64,000 nucleotides of DNA from a virus (IMGVR_UViG_2690315754_000004:1612-65611), one strand, 5' to 3'; counted from the first letter of the stretch, positions 36,054-46,669 are shown. Notes: generated by a model not told the origin, from the letters alone. Translations and numbers: made by a program.

Positions 36054-38016
36054 TCACCACATCCTTGCCTTTTCAGGTTTATCGTCAAGCTGGCGCTTCC
36101 GGGTCTCAGTTTGCTGAGCTTCCGCACCGTCCGGCCGCGGCCAGAACTTCACGCCCAGGATCTCACGGGCGGCCATGATCAGCACCGAACAGTCCCAGCC
36201 GTGATTCGCCCGCCCGGCAGTGATCGGCTCCCATAGCCCTTTTTCGTTGATGCCTTCGGCTACCATGTGGCGGGCCCACTCGATGCTAAGCTCCGCGTGG
36301 AAGTGCCAGGCGCCGGGATCCCCGGCCTTGATCTTGAGTTTCCCGTCGAGCTGGTTTTTAAAGTAGTTTGTGTCCACCTTGACCAGTTGCAGGCCGCCGG
36401 GGATGGGAACGCGGCGCCCCTTGGCATCCGGTGGAAAATATTCCAATGTGGTGAACGAGACCGGCACGGCCTGGCGCACCTTGCCCTGGGAGGGCAGAAT
36501 TCGGCCGCGGTGGCCCATGCAGAAGGTATAGACATCGGCCGTGCGGTGGCCCATGGCGTCCTGGATGGCCAAGTGCACGGGGTAGGGGGTGCCGGCTGAG
36601 TCGGTATACACATCCTGCCACAGGACCCGCTCCAGGACCTCGAAGCTCTGGACAAACCCGCAGCGCACCCCCCAGGAGTCCCACGATTCAAGGCCGTAGC
36701 CCACGGCCCGGATCTCGAACCAGAACCCGTCGTCCTGGGTGTCGATGCCGGCAAGCAGACACGCAACCTCGCCGCTTCCGGGCACGCTGCCCTCGGGCCG
36801 ATCGTCGCACAGCTCGAGGGATGGTATTCTCCGCGCGGTCCGAAGCGGTCGCCCGCCAAGGCCTGGCCGCAAAGCCGTTGTTAAAGTCGCGCAGCTTGAT
36901 CAGATAATCGGGCTGCCCTTTCTGGGCCTTTAAAAAAGCCGCCGCGCACTCCCACATGTCGACAAACGGCGATACCCAGGCCGGGGCATGAAAGCCGATC
37001 CTGAGCGGCCGCACGGCCTCCAGGGCCTCCTGGACCGGGCGCCGTTTCTTGCGGTCCCGCCACTGGCCGGCCCGCACGGCCTTTTTGCGCTGGCCGTCGT
37101 CCCATTTGCTTTTACAATGGATGCACTCGTACCAGACATCGCGCGTGGCCTCGATGACCATGGGATGGCGCACGCCGGCGCTCCACTTGATCTGTTCGAA
37201 GGCCATCAGCTGCTCGTGGCCGCAATGGGGGCAGACGGCATAATAGTCGAAGATCAGGTGGCAGTTGTTCAGCGCCACCCAGATGGCGCCGTCCTCGACC
37301 GTGGGGGTGCTCGCCCGAAACATCTTTCGCATGTGCTTGTAGGTGCGCATGCGCTTTTCAGCCAGGGCATGGGGAGAGGACTCCTTTTTGCCCACCGTGG
37401 GCGGGTACTTGTCCTCTTCGTCCAGGAACACATAGGGCAGGGGACGGTTGGCCAGGCGGGCGGCAGACGTTGCCCAGGCCATGGTGATGCGCATATGCTG
37501 CAGGGTGATCTTGATCCCGGTCTCGTCGTCGGCATAGCCGGTGCGGTACGATTTGAGCCGCGGCGAGTCGTTGAACATGGGGGTGATGCGGTCGCCGGCA
37601 TTGTCCTTGGCGTCGATCTCGTTGGGAAAGACTACCAGCCAGTTACCGGGCTTTCTGTCCGCCGTGTAGCCCATGCAGGTGTAGACGATCTCGGTCTTGG
37701 CGCCCTGGGGGGCAAAGCACAGCACGATCTCCTGCACTGAGGGGTAAAAGGCCGCGTCCATAATGGCCGGCGCATAGGGCACGGTGCTGTTTTTCCAGCG
37801 GCCGGGGACCGCGGCATCCCGGGGAAGATAGCGGTGCTTTTCTGCCCACACGCTGGGGGCGATTTTTTTGCGCTTGCGAAGCACCCGCTTTTCCTGGCGG
37901 GAGAATTTGATCCGGGCGGTGCCGCCCCCAGGGCCGATGGGGTAGCGGGTCAGGGCCTCGAGGTCGCCGATGGCCAGCAGCCATTTGGGATCGATAGGCA
38001 GGGGTTGGGGGATCAT
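36054..38016 (-). CDS. terL: Terminase large subunit, GpA family (apparent frameshift at ~36819)
   Basis: AQ-type Walker A APQGAKTE, FLDEED, STPT, CPHC; nuclease GIDTQDD and NHGWDC in the second frame. Confidence 0.9.
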
Positions 38017-38019
38017 TGG

Positions 38020-38763
38020 CTATCGCTCCGGCCCGGCCGGCTGCAGTGCGATCTGCAGCTCGTCGAAGTTGCAAAACTCATTCATCAAGGCGTCAATCTC
38101 TTCGAAAATGGTGCCTTGCAGGTCTTCGGAGAGCTTGGGATCCCCGCCCACCGACTCGATCCACTCCACCAGGTTGACGGCGATCAGGTTCTTGACGCCG
38201 GCCTCGATGGCCCCCAGTTTCATGGCCAGCTCGGCCCGCACGTCGGCCTTGGGCAGGTAAAGCCCCATCTCGCGCTCGTGCTCGAAGCGCAGCTTGGCCT
38301 CACGGGCCCGCAACAGGTCCAGCTCGGCCGAGGCCTTGTCGGCAAAGATTCGATCGTCGACCTTTGTGCTTTTTTCCGGGGTCTTTTCAAGGCCGGCCCG
38401 GACCGCATAGGCAAGCACATCGCTTTCGAGCACGCTGCGGTCCTCCTGGACGGCCAGGATCCCGCGCTGGGCGTCGGCGTACATCTTGGACTTGGCGATC
38501 TTGTAGCCCTGCGCCTTTAGGAACTCGAGGGCCTCCTTGACGTTGGCAAAGGACTGCGGTTTTCCGAAGTGCCTGGACTCAAGGTCGGAGAGCATTTGAT
38601 CCAGGGCCGATGAGGCGGCCTGGTGGTCGCGCAGCCTGGCCGCCGAATTGTCCGCCTTGTAGGCGGCCAGGGTATCGGCGGCGGCTTTCTGCAGCGTCGA
38701 AAGGATCTCTTTCTGGTCGTCGCCGACCACGGCGAACAGTTTTTCGATTCTGGAAGCGGTCAC
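38020..38763 (-). CDS. Terminase small subunit-like protein
   Basis: Directly upstream of terL; HTH plus coiled coil ending GLYLPKADV. Confidence 0.65.
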   Translation of the reverse strand: MTASRIEKLFAVVGDDQKEILSTLQKAAADTLAAYKADNSAARLRDHQAASSALDQMLSDLESRHFGKPQSFANVKEALEFLKAQGYKIAKSKMYADAQRGILAVQEDRSVLESDVLAYAVRAGLEKTPEKSTKVDDRIFADKASAELDLLRAREAKLRFEHEREMGLYLPKADVRAELAMKLGAIEAGVKNLIAVNLVEWIESVGGDPKLSEDLQGTIFEEIDALMNEFCNFDELQIALQPAGPER

Positions 38764-40496
38764 GCCAGGATCTCCGCGGGCACCTTGCCGGTCAGGTCGA
38801 TGCCGGATTGTAAAAAGACCTTCATCAGCTCGGCCTTTTTGAGCTGGTGGAAGTTTGTATGGCCGTGGGCGGCCACGGTGTAGTTCATCACCTGGTCGTC
38901 TTCAAAGATCTCCAGGTCCTTGCCCATGGCCAGCATCTCGGCGATGGTTTTCTTTTTGAGATACGCTTCGGTGACGGCCCACTCGGCGGCCAGATCGATG
39001 CCGATCCGGTCGGCCAGGGCCCGGCGGATCACAGGAGAGGCATGCTTCATCACGATATCGATGGCGAGCTCGTGAAGGAGCTTATCGGCCTGCTCGTCAT
39101 TCAAGGCAAAGACTTTTTCCATTAACTTGTCGGTGTTCCAAAGGTCTTCCGTTTCGCTCAGGCCGAGGCGCTTGCGGATCCAGTCGTTTGCGCCGTAGTG
39201 AACGACGCTAAAGGCGATAATGGTGGCCTGGAGCACGGCCAGGTGGCCCGAGATCAGGTCCATGAACTTTTTTGGCAGGGCCTCGGCGTAAAACAGCTCC
39301 CTGAACTCGGTGCCGTGATTGGCGGCCCGGGTCTCGGCCTTGGCCTGGGCGGCGTTTTGCGGATCGGCATCGTCTTCGCCTGAGGTTGACTTCGCTCGGT
39401 AGATGCCTTTGAGGCATGCCTTGTCGCCGGTGCACACGCGCTTTCTGTGGGATTGCACGCTGCCGTCAATCTCGACGACGGTCACCAGGTGGGGGCATTT
39501 TTTGCAGGCCGCCCGGATTTTGGCATCGATCCGCTCGTAATCGTTCCAGCTGATATTCGACTCGAAGACAAAGCCGTTGGTGCCGTACTGGGGCTTAAAC
39601 TCTTCATCCCAGTGGGCGAGCAGGTGGTTGTTCACCTGCTGCTTGTAGCATTTGAGATTGAGGCATTTAAGATCGTCATCCTCGTCGGAAGCAAAGAGTT
39701 TTTTCTGCACGCTGCTGTTGCTGTAGCACTGCCGGCAGCCGGCCTGCTTCTGATCGAAGATTGTCTCCTTGAGACTGGGCGACTCCATATCGATATCGTG
39801 CTTGAGCTCGCGCACGGTCATGGCACCTTCCCACCCATCGGTGTCGGACGCGCGGTGGACGATCTGGGCGACAAAGCGGGCGATCTGCTTTTTGTCCTTG
39901 AGCCGTCGCAGCTGCTCCAGGTGCCCGTAGGTCATCTGGCCCCGCTGCCAGGCCTTTAGCGCCGGTTGCGGAAGGTCCAACACGGCCACGCGCCGGCGGA
40001 TGTACGATTCGCTCACACCGATGCGGTCGGCCAGGTCGGCCGCGGCATCGTCGCCGCGTTTTTGCAAAAATTGCTTGAATGACTGGGCCTCTTCCAGGGG
40101 GTTTAGATCCTGGCGCTGCAGGTTTTCGATGATGGTCAGGTCGAAGGCCTCGTCATCGGTCAGGCGACGGACCAGGGAAAGAATCGTATTCTTCGCCGGC
40201 CCGCCGTTTTTATTGGCGATGGCAAGGCAGGCTTTGAAGCGCCGCTCGCCGCACACGATCTCATGGTCCACGCCGTTGTTTTCTTCCACCGGCCGCACCA
40301 CCACGGGCTGGATCAGGCCCTTTTTCTCGATGGAGGCGACCAGCTCCTCGAACTCCCGGCCGCAGTAGCGGGACCGGGATTTGGTGTTCCAGGGGTTGGG
40401 CTTGATCCTGGACAGCGCCATGGCCGTCAGCTTGTCGCCGGCGGCGCTATTGGTTTTGCGTGATGCGGTTAGTTTGATCAGGCTCTGTTTACCCAT
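38760..40496 (-). CDS. ParB/Spo0J-family protein
   Basis: GLIQPVVVR, EIVCGERRFKA, IENLQRQDLNPLEEA and an HTH. Confidence 0.9.
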   Translation of the reverse strand: MGKQSLIKLTASRKTNSAAGDKLTAMALSRIKPNPWNTKSRSRYCGREFEELVASIEKKGLIQPVVVRPVEENNGVDHEIVCGERRFKACLAIANKNGGPAKNTILSLVRRLTDDEAFDLTIIENLQRQDLNPLEEAQSFKQFLQKRGDDAAADLADRIGVSESYIRRRVAVLDLPQPALKAWQRGQMTYGHLEQLRRLKDKKQIARFVAQIVHRASDTDGWEGAMTVRELKHDIDMESPSLKETIFDQKQAGCRQCYSNSSVQKKLFASDEDDDLKCLNLKCYKQQVNNHLLAHWDEEFKPQYGTNGFVFESNISWNDYERIDAKIRAACKKCPHLVTVVEIDGSVQSHRKRVCTGDKACLKGIYRAKSTSGEDDADPQNAAQAKAETRAANHGTEFRELFYAEALPKKFMDLISGHLAVLQATIIAFSVVHYGANDWIRKRLGLSETEDLWNTDKLMEKVFALNDEQADKLLHELAIDIVMKHASPVIRRALADRIGIDLAAEWAVTEAYLKKKTIAEMLAMGKDLEIFEDDQVMNYTVAAHGHTNFHQLKKAELMKVFLQSGIDLTGKVPAEILA

Positions 40497-42006
40497 GTTG
40501 GTTCCCTCCTTGATTTGCGGTGTTCGGCGCCAGGGATCCGCCGATGAGATAGTTGTGGCCGTGGACCAGCTCTTCCGGATGATTGAACAGGTGCGCCCGG
40601 CAGTCCGGATCGAAAAAGACCAGGGTTGATATGCGTTTTTCTGCGGCATCGTTTCTGAACTGGCTTGGCTTTTCGATGGCGGTGCGCTTTTCGGTGTTGA
40701 TGATCCGGACCGGGTACCGCCGCAGCAGGTCGCCCAGCTCGATGACGGTTGCGGCAAGGCCGCGGCCCTGGGGCTGCGCCGGCGGCGGCTCGGGGGCCGG
40801 GACAGGGACGCTTTGCGGTGCCGGTGGTGGCGGTTCCGGATCCGGATCAGGGGCAGGCGCGTTTTGCGATTGTGGCGGCGCCTGGGCTTCGGCTCGTTTG
40901 AGGCCCTGGGCCGCAAACGGCGATATTTGGACATGCCAGGCGGGCGGCAGGCCGGCCAGCACCCAGGCCCGGATGTCCACGCCGGCACGGCAGGCGTCGC
41001 CGGGGTCTTTGCCGACCGGTACCGGCCAGCGCTCGGCCTGGGGATAGGCCGCCTGCCACTTGGGCCAGGCCTTGCCCCCGGCCTGGTCAAAATCAAGGGC
41101 GTTTAAGATCACCAGGGCCTCGGCAAGGTGCTGGTGGCAGTAGTCGTCGGGCATGTTGGACGCAGCGCCCAGCGACAACACGCCCACCAGGTCGCAGGCC
41201 TCCTGGTCGACCAGCAGGCCGTCGAGCTCGGTTTCGATCACGATGTAGGCCCGGCGCTTTTCCCCGATCAGCCAGGGCATGCCCGAGGAACCAGGGAGCA
41301 TGTAGTAGCGCGGGTCCTTTTCGCTTCGCAGGTGCTCTTTTGGCCGGCGGATCCGGATGCGCTGGAGCACGCCATCCCGTCGGTAGGGGATCACCAGGCC
41401 CCGGGGGATCCACAGCTTCTTTTTCTTGCCGTCCTTTTCGACGATCTCAAGGCCCCAGGCCTCCCGAGCCCGGAACAGGTCCTTGCCGTCGTTGCCGGGG
41501 TTATAGCCCAGGCCCCAGCGCAGCACGGTGGACGGATCGATGCCCCGGCCGGCAAGGTAGCGCATCTGATCCGGGTGGTGTTCGACGAGCTGCTCATGGG
41601 CCCAGGCGGCGAACTTTTCGGCATGCTCGCGCCACTTGTCGGCCGGTTCCTGGTAGGTAGAGGCCGGCCGGTCGGGCGATGGGCGGTGCCGGCCGGAGGA
41701 TCGAGGCTTGATGGGAACGGATGGCGCTTCGGGCCTGTCGACGCCCAGGGCCGCGCAGGCCTCCTTGTAGGACAAACCGTCCATGGCCATCACCAGGGCG
41801 ATGCGGTCGCCGCCCTTGTTTTCAACACGGCACCACCAGGATCCCTTGCCCTCATTTTGTGCCGGCCAGATATGGAATCGGTCCGACGCGGCGCCCTTGC
41901 CCCCGTCGCCGCAGATCGGGCAGCTGCTGTGCCACTCGCCGCCCTTGGCCGAGGATGCCCGCCGGGGTTCGATGCCTTTTCTGCGCACCAGGTCGATGAC
42001 GTTCAT
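40489..42006 (-). CDS. DNA primase (Zn-binding plus TOPRIM)
   Basis: SCPICG...DRF....WWCR, VIETELDG, ALDFDQAG and GKDPGD. Confidence 0.85.
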   Translation of the reverse strand: MNVIDLVRRKGIEPRRASSAKGGEWHSSCPICGDGGKGAASDRFHIWPAQNEGKGSWWCRVENKGGDRIALVMAMDGLSYKEACAALGVDRPEAPSVPIKPRSSGRHRPSPDRPASTYQEPADKWREHAEKFAAWAHEQLVEHHPDQMRYLAGRGIDPSTVLRWGLGYNPGNDGKDLFRAREAWGLEIVEKDGKKKKLWIPRGLVIPYRRDGVLQRIRIRRPKEHLRSEKDPRYYMLPGSSGMPWLIGEKRRAYIVIETELDGLLVDQEACDLVGVLSLGAASNMPDDYCHQHLAEALVILNALDFDQAGGKAWPKWQAAYPQAERWPVPVGKDPGDACRAGVDIRAWVLAGLPPAWHVQISPFAAQGLKRAEAQAPPQSQNAPAPDPDPEPPPPAPQSVPVPAPEPPPAQPQGRGLAATVIELGDLLRRYPVRIINTEKRTAIEKPSQFRNDAAEKRISTLVFFDPDCRAHLFNHPEELVHGHNYLIGGSLAPNTANQGGNQHG

Positions 42007-42023
42007 GGTGTTTTGGCCTTATC

Positions 42024-42316
42024 AGGACCATTGGGCGATTTTGGGGACCATTTCGGCAATGGTCCAGCAATGGTCCTGCCAGGTTAAGAAGCTGTTATCT
42101 ATTATTATTTTATATTTTTAGGACCATAGGACCATCACTACATAAAAAAGAAAAACATTAGTACCCTCAAAACATTTGAAAATTTGGTGAGAAATGGTCC
42201 TATGGTCCTGCGCAGCTGTGCCGCGCTTAATTTTTTGTAACGTTTCAGCCGGTTAAAAGGCCGGCCGCCTCTGGACGAACATCAGGACCATCCGTCCAAT
42301 GGTCCCAATGGTCCTG
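42024..42316. repeat. Iteron origin of element 1
   Basis: About 11 GGACCAT/ATGGTCC copies in both orientations around an AT-rich core. Confidence 0.75.
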
Positions 42317-43978
42317 TTATGGATCGTCTATGGTGGAGAGCAGGCCGACGCCGTAATAGCGATAGATGCCGCCGACCTTCTCGCTGCGGAAGCGCTTGCG
42401 CATGGCCTGGCCGAACTTCTTTTGTTTCATCGGGTAGTTGGACACGAACTTTTTCCACCAGGCCTCGAAGGCCTCGTAGAGCTGAGTTGCGCCGGCGTGC
42501 ATCTGGTCGTTGTCTGGATCGACCACACAGCAGTGATCTATAAAAGCGCCCACGTTATCTTCGTCGGCCTGGTACTGGGCGTTGGCCTCCAGCACCTGGG
42601 GCGGCGGCTTGAGCCCGATCTGCTGCCACTGCAAACACCCGCGCAACAGCCAGGCGAGGATGCCGGAGTCTTCTTTCAGCAGACGGGATTCAAGATCCGG
42701 ATCCGCCATGCGCTCATTGTCGCGCTGCGGTTCGCGCTTGACGAAAGACAGCCGGAACGGCACCAGGTGCATGCGCTGCCAGAAGGCAAAGTCCTCGGCT
42801 GGCGCGATCGGCTTGCTGTTGGTCATTAAAAACAGGCTGTGGGTGGGGTGCCAGCTCACCTCGTACTTGTCGTGGGGGCTGCGGCCGGTGAGCTCGTCGC
42901 CGCCGGTCATCCACTTGACCCGGGAGGCCGACACCCGGCAGCCCTCGTCCGTCTCCGAGGCAAAGGCCACGCGAAGGCCGCGCAAGGCCATGATGTCCGG
43001 CGTGGGCCCGGCAGATGAGATGTTCCTGGATTGATCGAGCAGCATCTCGGATCGGACCGGCCCGGCCAGGTTGCCCAGGACGTGGATCAAAATGCGTTGG
43101 ATGGTGCCCTTTCCGTTTCGGCCGGCGCCCTCGAACACGGCAAAGATGTGCTCGGCCGTCTCCCCCACGATGGCCTGGCCGAGCAGCCGCTGCATGAACT
43201 CACACATGGGCCGGCCCTCTTTGGGATCCAGGTGGTCTTCTTCCAGGATCTGGGCGAGGAACCGTTCCCACTCGGGGCATGGCTCGTCGATCCCTTTCCA
43301 CTCGGCCGCGGCGTGCTTGTGCAAAAAGTCCTCGGGCCGACCGTCGCGGGACTTTCCGGTGCGCAGGTCGACCACGGCGTTTTTGCAGGCGAGAAGCCAG
43401 GGCTTGCGGTCGATCTCCTCGCCATGGATGGCGATGGCTTCCTCGCAGGTGTGGGCCATGCCCAGGCAGTTGTTGCGCCGGCGGGTGGTGCGCAGGGCCG
43501 AAATGCGCTGGTTGAGGGCATCGCGCAGGGCCCCCAGCGACCGCTCCCGGGCCGCGTCCTTGCCGTCAAGCTCCCGGATCTCGGCGCACACCCGCACCAC
43601 CTCCCGGATGTACTTGGCCACCACGTTTTCAACCGACATCTTGGCAAGCTCCATGGTGTCGATGTCCCAATAGTGGCCGGCCCAGATCATCCAGGCGTCC
43701 ATGGCCTTGTTGAAGATGAACTTGCCCCGGTGCAACTCTCGGAACAGGATCCCGTCTCCGAGCTCGTTCATTTTCAGGCAGTCCCGGACGAATGCGCTCG
43801 AGACATCGTCGCCCCCGTCGTCACCGCCGCCGTACTTTTCGGCCTCCTCGGCTTTTCTCGCCTCGACCTGGTCGCGGATTTCTGCCACCTTTTCCTTGCC
43901 GGCTGCCCGTTCGGCCAGCGGGATCACATTGCTCTCCATCGATACCCCCTTGTCCTGATCGCCCCGATCGTCAGCCAT
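42317..43978 (-). CDS. P4/D5-family SF3 helicase
   Basis: Walker A GAGRNGKG, FASE, KWMTGGD and AFWQR. Confidence 0.9.
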   Translation of the reverse strand: MADDRGDQDKGVSMESNVIPLAERAAGKEKVAEIRDQVEARKAEEAEKYGGGDDGGDDVSSAFVRDCLKMNELGDGILFRELHRGKFIFNKAMDAWMIWAGHYWDIDTMELAKMSVENVVAKYIREVVRVCAEIRELDGKDAARERSLGALRDALNQRISALRTTRRRNNCLGMAHTCEEAIAIHGEEIDRKPWLLACKNAVVDLRTGKSRDGRPEDFLHKHAAAEWKGIDEPCPEWERFLAQILEEDHLDPKEGRPMCEFMQRLLGQAIVGETAEHIFAVFEGAGRNGKGTIQRILIHVLGNLAGPVRSEMLLDQSRNISSAGPTPDIMALRGLRVAFASETDEGCRVSASRVKWMTGGDELTGRSPHDKYEVSWHPTHSLFLMTNSKPIAPAEDFAFWQRMHLVPFRLSFVKREPQRDNERMADPDLESRLLKEDSGILAWLLRGCLQWQQIGLKPPPQVLEANAQYQADEDNVGAFIDHCCVVDPDNDQMHAGATQLYEAFEAWWKKFVSNYPMKQKKFGQAMRKRFRSEKVGGIYRYYGVGLLSTIDDP

Positions 43979-44061
43979 CGAGCGTCAACCCCGTCAAAAA
44001 CGGCCACGTTTCCACGGCCATTCCATTTTCCGCGCCGAATTTATTTTTCACCTGGACGCAC

Positions 44062-44108
44062 CGGGGGCGAGATGTGAAACCGCTCCTGGAAATCACCAGG
44101 AAGGACCC
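44062..44108 (-). other. cos-like packaging site (cosQ GGGTCCT)
   Basis: GGGTCCTTCCTGGTGAT resembles lambda GGGTCCTTTCCGGTGAT; the terminase is GpA-type. Confidence 0.65.
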
Positions 44109-44449
44109 GCGACCCCTGTAGGCCATCGGACCATTGGCCTGTTTTTCTTTTGGCGGGGGTGCGGGGACGCGGCGACGGCGGTCGGGCACAAAAAAAAGCC
44201 GCGGGCGGCCGTCTCGAGCGACCGTCAACGCGGCGATGCGTCAAGGGCAACGATGTAAAAGGAATGCTGTCGATTTGATGGTGGGCGGTATCGCATTCCG
44301 CGGCATCAAATAATGACATGGGGGTTGATTGCGATCGGTGAGCGCAGGGCACAAAAAAGGAAGGTGGCCCACTTGGATGCCGTCCAGGGGGATAGGTTCG
44401 ATCATCCTGAACGTCAAAGTGCTGGCGAGTGGCGGCCCCAGGCCATTGA

Positions 44450-44471
44450 TTTTGGACTCGTTTTGGACTCG
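44450..44471. repeat. Arm-type integrase binding sites of element 1
   Basis: Perfect tandem TTTTGGACTCG x2, 72 bp from the att core. Confidence 0.6.
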
Positions 44472-44543
44472 CTATTTGCTTGCCTAAAGGTACCGGAGGG
44501 TGATAGAAGTATGCGAATTTACAAGGTGTGGGGAGGGGATAAG

Positions 44544-44569
44544 TGGCGGAAGTGCATGGGAATCGAACC
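44544..44569 (-). tRNA. selC: 3' fragment of tRNA-Sec (att site duplication, not a full gene)
   Basis: Minus strand GGTTCGATTCCCATGCACTTCCGCCA: T-loop, long acceptor strand ending CTTCC-GCCA as in selC. No 5' half is adjacent. Confidence 0.8.
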
Positions 44570-44638
44570 GGCCAAAACCCCATTTTTAGGCAAAAAAAAG
44601 TATAACAATATCATGGTGATAAATATTAATGAAATCAA

Positions 44639-44661
44639 GGTGTAAAATTCTATTTTACACC
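44639..44661. promoter_or_regulatory. Palindrome GTGTAAA-N7-TTTACAC, copy 1
   Basis: GGTGTAAAAT-TCT-ATTTTACACC. Confidence 0.55.
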
Positions 44662-44712
44662 CTTTTTGTAACACAGATAAACACAGATAAAAGTAGGCAT
44701 AGATATAAGATT

Positions 44713-44734
44713 TGTTGACCAAATGTTGACCAAA
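44713..44734 (+). repeat. Arm-type sites of element 2 (left)
   Basis: TGTTGACCAAA x2; matches 63967-63988. Confidence 0.75.
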
Positions 44735-44964
44735 AAGTGCATGGGATAAAATCCTATTAATAGACTGGACAGTTGACCATCGAATACCCAAAGAGCTGAT
44801 TTAACCCGTACGCACTATAAACAAAAGAAGGCCGGTCACTTGAATGTGATTGGCTCTTTTTTTTGATAACAGCTTGACATAATTAAATCAAAAATACTAA
44901 TCGATAGTCTGTCCATCAACAAATTTGGAATTTCGGTTCTCTATCTGAACCCATTGGAGACATC

Positions 44965-45495
44965 ATGGATTGTCCTAATTGCGGTTTAGCGAACTCTGAA
45001 TCAGCCCTTAGGTGTGATTGTGGATATGACTTTCAATCTGGCCAGATTGCAGAACCATATTTAAATAATCCAACAGAAAGACTGAATAGTATCGGTGGCT
45101 GGTTAATTTTACCAGCCGCTGGTTTAATTATTGGACCGATTATCACAGTCATTAAATTAATCCCGTTTCTAAAAATCTTGCCGGATGTAATCGGGGAAGA
45201 CATTGCTGTCCCCTTTGCGTTTATTTTAATACTGCTGCTTAGCGGCGTTATATTTATGATTTATACTGCAACTTTATTTTTTCGCAAAAAGAGAAAAACG
45301 CCTCGCATCTTTATCAATATGTTAATTTTCATTCTTTGTATAATTTTTATTGAATTGGCAATTCTATACATTATCGGAGATAAGTGGTCCTTAGCAGATT
45401 TTGGTCGAGACATGATTGGATCAATAATCGGAACTATAATTTGGATACGATATTTTCAGGTATCAAAACGCGTGAAGGCTACATTTATAAATTAA
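44965..45495 (+). CDS. Zn-ribbon plus DUF2569-like membrane protein
   Basis: CPNC...CDCG, IGGWLIL and WIRYF..SKRVKATF. Confidence 0.75.
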   Translation: MDCPNCGLANSESALRCDCGYDFQSGQIAEPYLNNPTERLNSIGGWLILPAAGLIIGPIITVIKLIPFLKILPDVIGEDIAVPFAFILILLLSGVIFMIYTATLFFRKKRKTPRIFINMLIFILCIIFIELAILYIIGDKWSLADFGRDMIGSIIGTIIWIRYFQVSKRVKATFIN

Positions 45496-45703
45496 ATATC
45501 AGGAATTAAAGATTTTGAATAATTTGGTTAAAAATTTTTCGAGGTTTAACTTTATAAAAGTCAATGATGCAAAAGAACAAACATAAGGGTGTAAAACTTT
45601 GTACAAAGTAGATTTAAATAGATATTAAATAAATATGTTATGGTTTATTTTTGTACAAGAATAGTGCAAGGACTTCTTTTATTGATTTTGGAGCCGGTGG
45701 GAT

Positions 45704-46669
45704 ATGGTGATTAAGAAGCAGAGTAAAAAGCCAAATACCAAAACGAACGAAGGGTCTGAGTTACTAAACGCCATAAAAAACTATCCAATAAAGGTTAAAA
45801 TATTAAATCGACAGCGCCTCGCATTATGGGTATCTATCTTTTCAGTCATTATTGCATTAGGATCTTTTATAGTAGTTATTTACAAGGAATTTCTTCAGAC
45901 GTATGATATTGCTGCGAATTACTCCCAGATCATCATGGCGAAATTGCCGGAGGGTAACAGGCAAAAAATAATAAAAGACCATTTTGTCAATATACTTCTT
46001 TTTGGAGATGACTCGGAGAAACAAAATGCTAGAAACAATATCAGATTAGAAGATTTGAAGCAGTTTCCTGATTTCTTTAAAGCGATTGAACGGAAGGACA
46101 AGGATAGATTAAACGAAATTTTTGAAAATATGAAGGTACAGAATTATAAACTGCCAGATGAAATTATAAAAAAATATATCGGATCTCAAGCTTTCTCGCC
46201 TACGTTTTGTATTCCCTTGGTCATTTCGAATAAAGGCAGCAAGTTCGCGCATATTTCTTTAATTTATTTAATTTCCCGCGATGCTAAAAATACAAAAAAA
46301 AGATGGCTATTCAAATGTATGACCGAAATGAATACGGAAAGTATAGTCCACCGAGAGAATACAACCGATGCTTCCAGGATTAGTGATATTTTCCCTGGAA
46401 CTTCGGTAGGACCTAAAGAAAGATTAAATATTTATCCCTATTTTTTTCCTATATGGGAATACGAGAACCAATCAATAGCCACTAATTCTATGGTGCCTGG
46501 TGAATATTTCATTCACCTTGAAGGATTAGGGCCAGATGGAGAACCAGTTTTCATCACAAAAACAGAAAAACTGGTTATTAAGGAAGAGAGCTTAGTCAAA
46601 ATGTTTAAGGGGACCGACATGGCGCAGTATATAGAGCACGATTCATTTATGAAGGAATTTATTAAATAA
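45704..46669 (+). CDS. Membrane-anchored hypothetical protein (AT-rich cargo)
   Basis: 321 open codons with one N-terminal TM. Confidence 0.75.
   Translation: MVIKKQSKKPNTKTNEGSELLNAIKNYPIKVKILNRQRLALWVSIFSVIIALGSFIVVIYKEFLQTYDIAANYSQIIMAKLPEGNRQKIIKDHFVNILLFGDDSEKQNARNNIRLEDLKQFPDFFKAIERKDKDRLNEIFENMKVQNYKLPDEIIKKYIGSQAFSPTFCIPLVISNKGSKFAHISLIYLISRDAKNTKKRWLFKCMTEMNTESIVHRENTTDASRISDIFPGTSVGPKERLNIYPYFFPIWEYENQSIATNSMVPGEYFIHLEGLGPDGEPVFITKTEKLVIKEESLVKMFKGTDMAQYIEHDSFMKEFIK

Larger units (their letters stand above)
1..44543 (-). mobile_element. Element 1: temperate siphovirus prophage; left end and integrase lie outside the window
   Basis: Immunity, replication, packaging, head and tail modules are contiguous on the minus strand. 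The right boundary is marked by arm-type repeats and a selC 3' fragment. Confidence 0.9.

Noticed and set aside
36810-36825. Programmed frameshift or pseudogene in terL
   Set aside because: Removing one C in a CCC run restores ...ENTILELCDDR. A similar extra A occurs at the tape measure end (~24005). Homopolymer sequencing error is more likely, though reads are needed to confirm.
14730-44121. Many long plus-strand ORFs antisense to element 1 genes, and 619-2328 on the minus strand
   Set aside because: These are shadow ORFs from high GC and codon bias. They have no motifs and overlap well-supported genes.
44544-44569. Complete tRNA gene
   Set aside because: Only the T-loop and acceptor 3' strand are present, with no D or anticodon arms.
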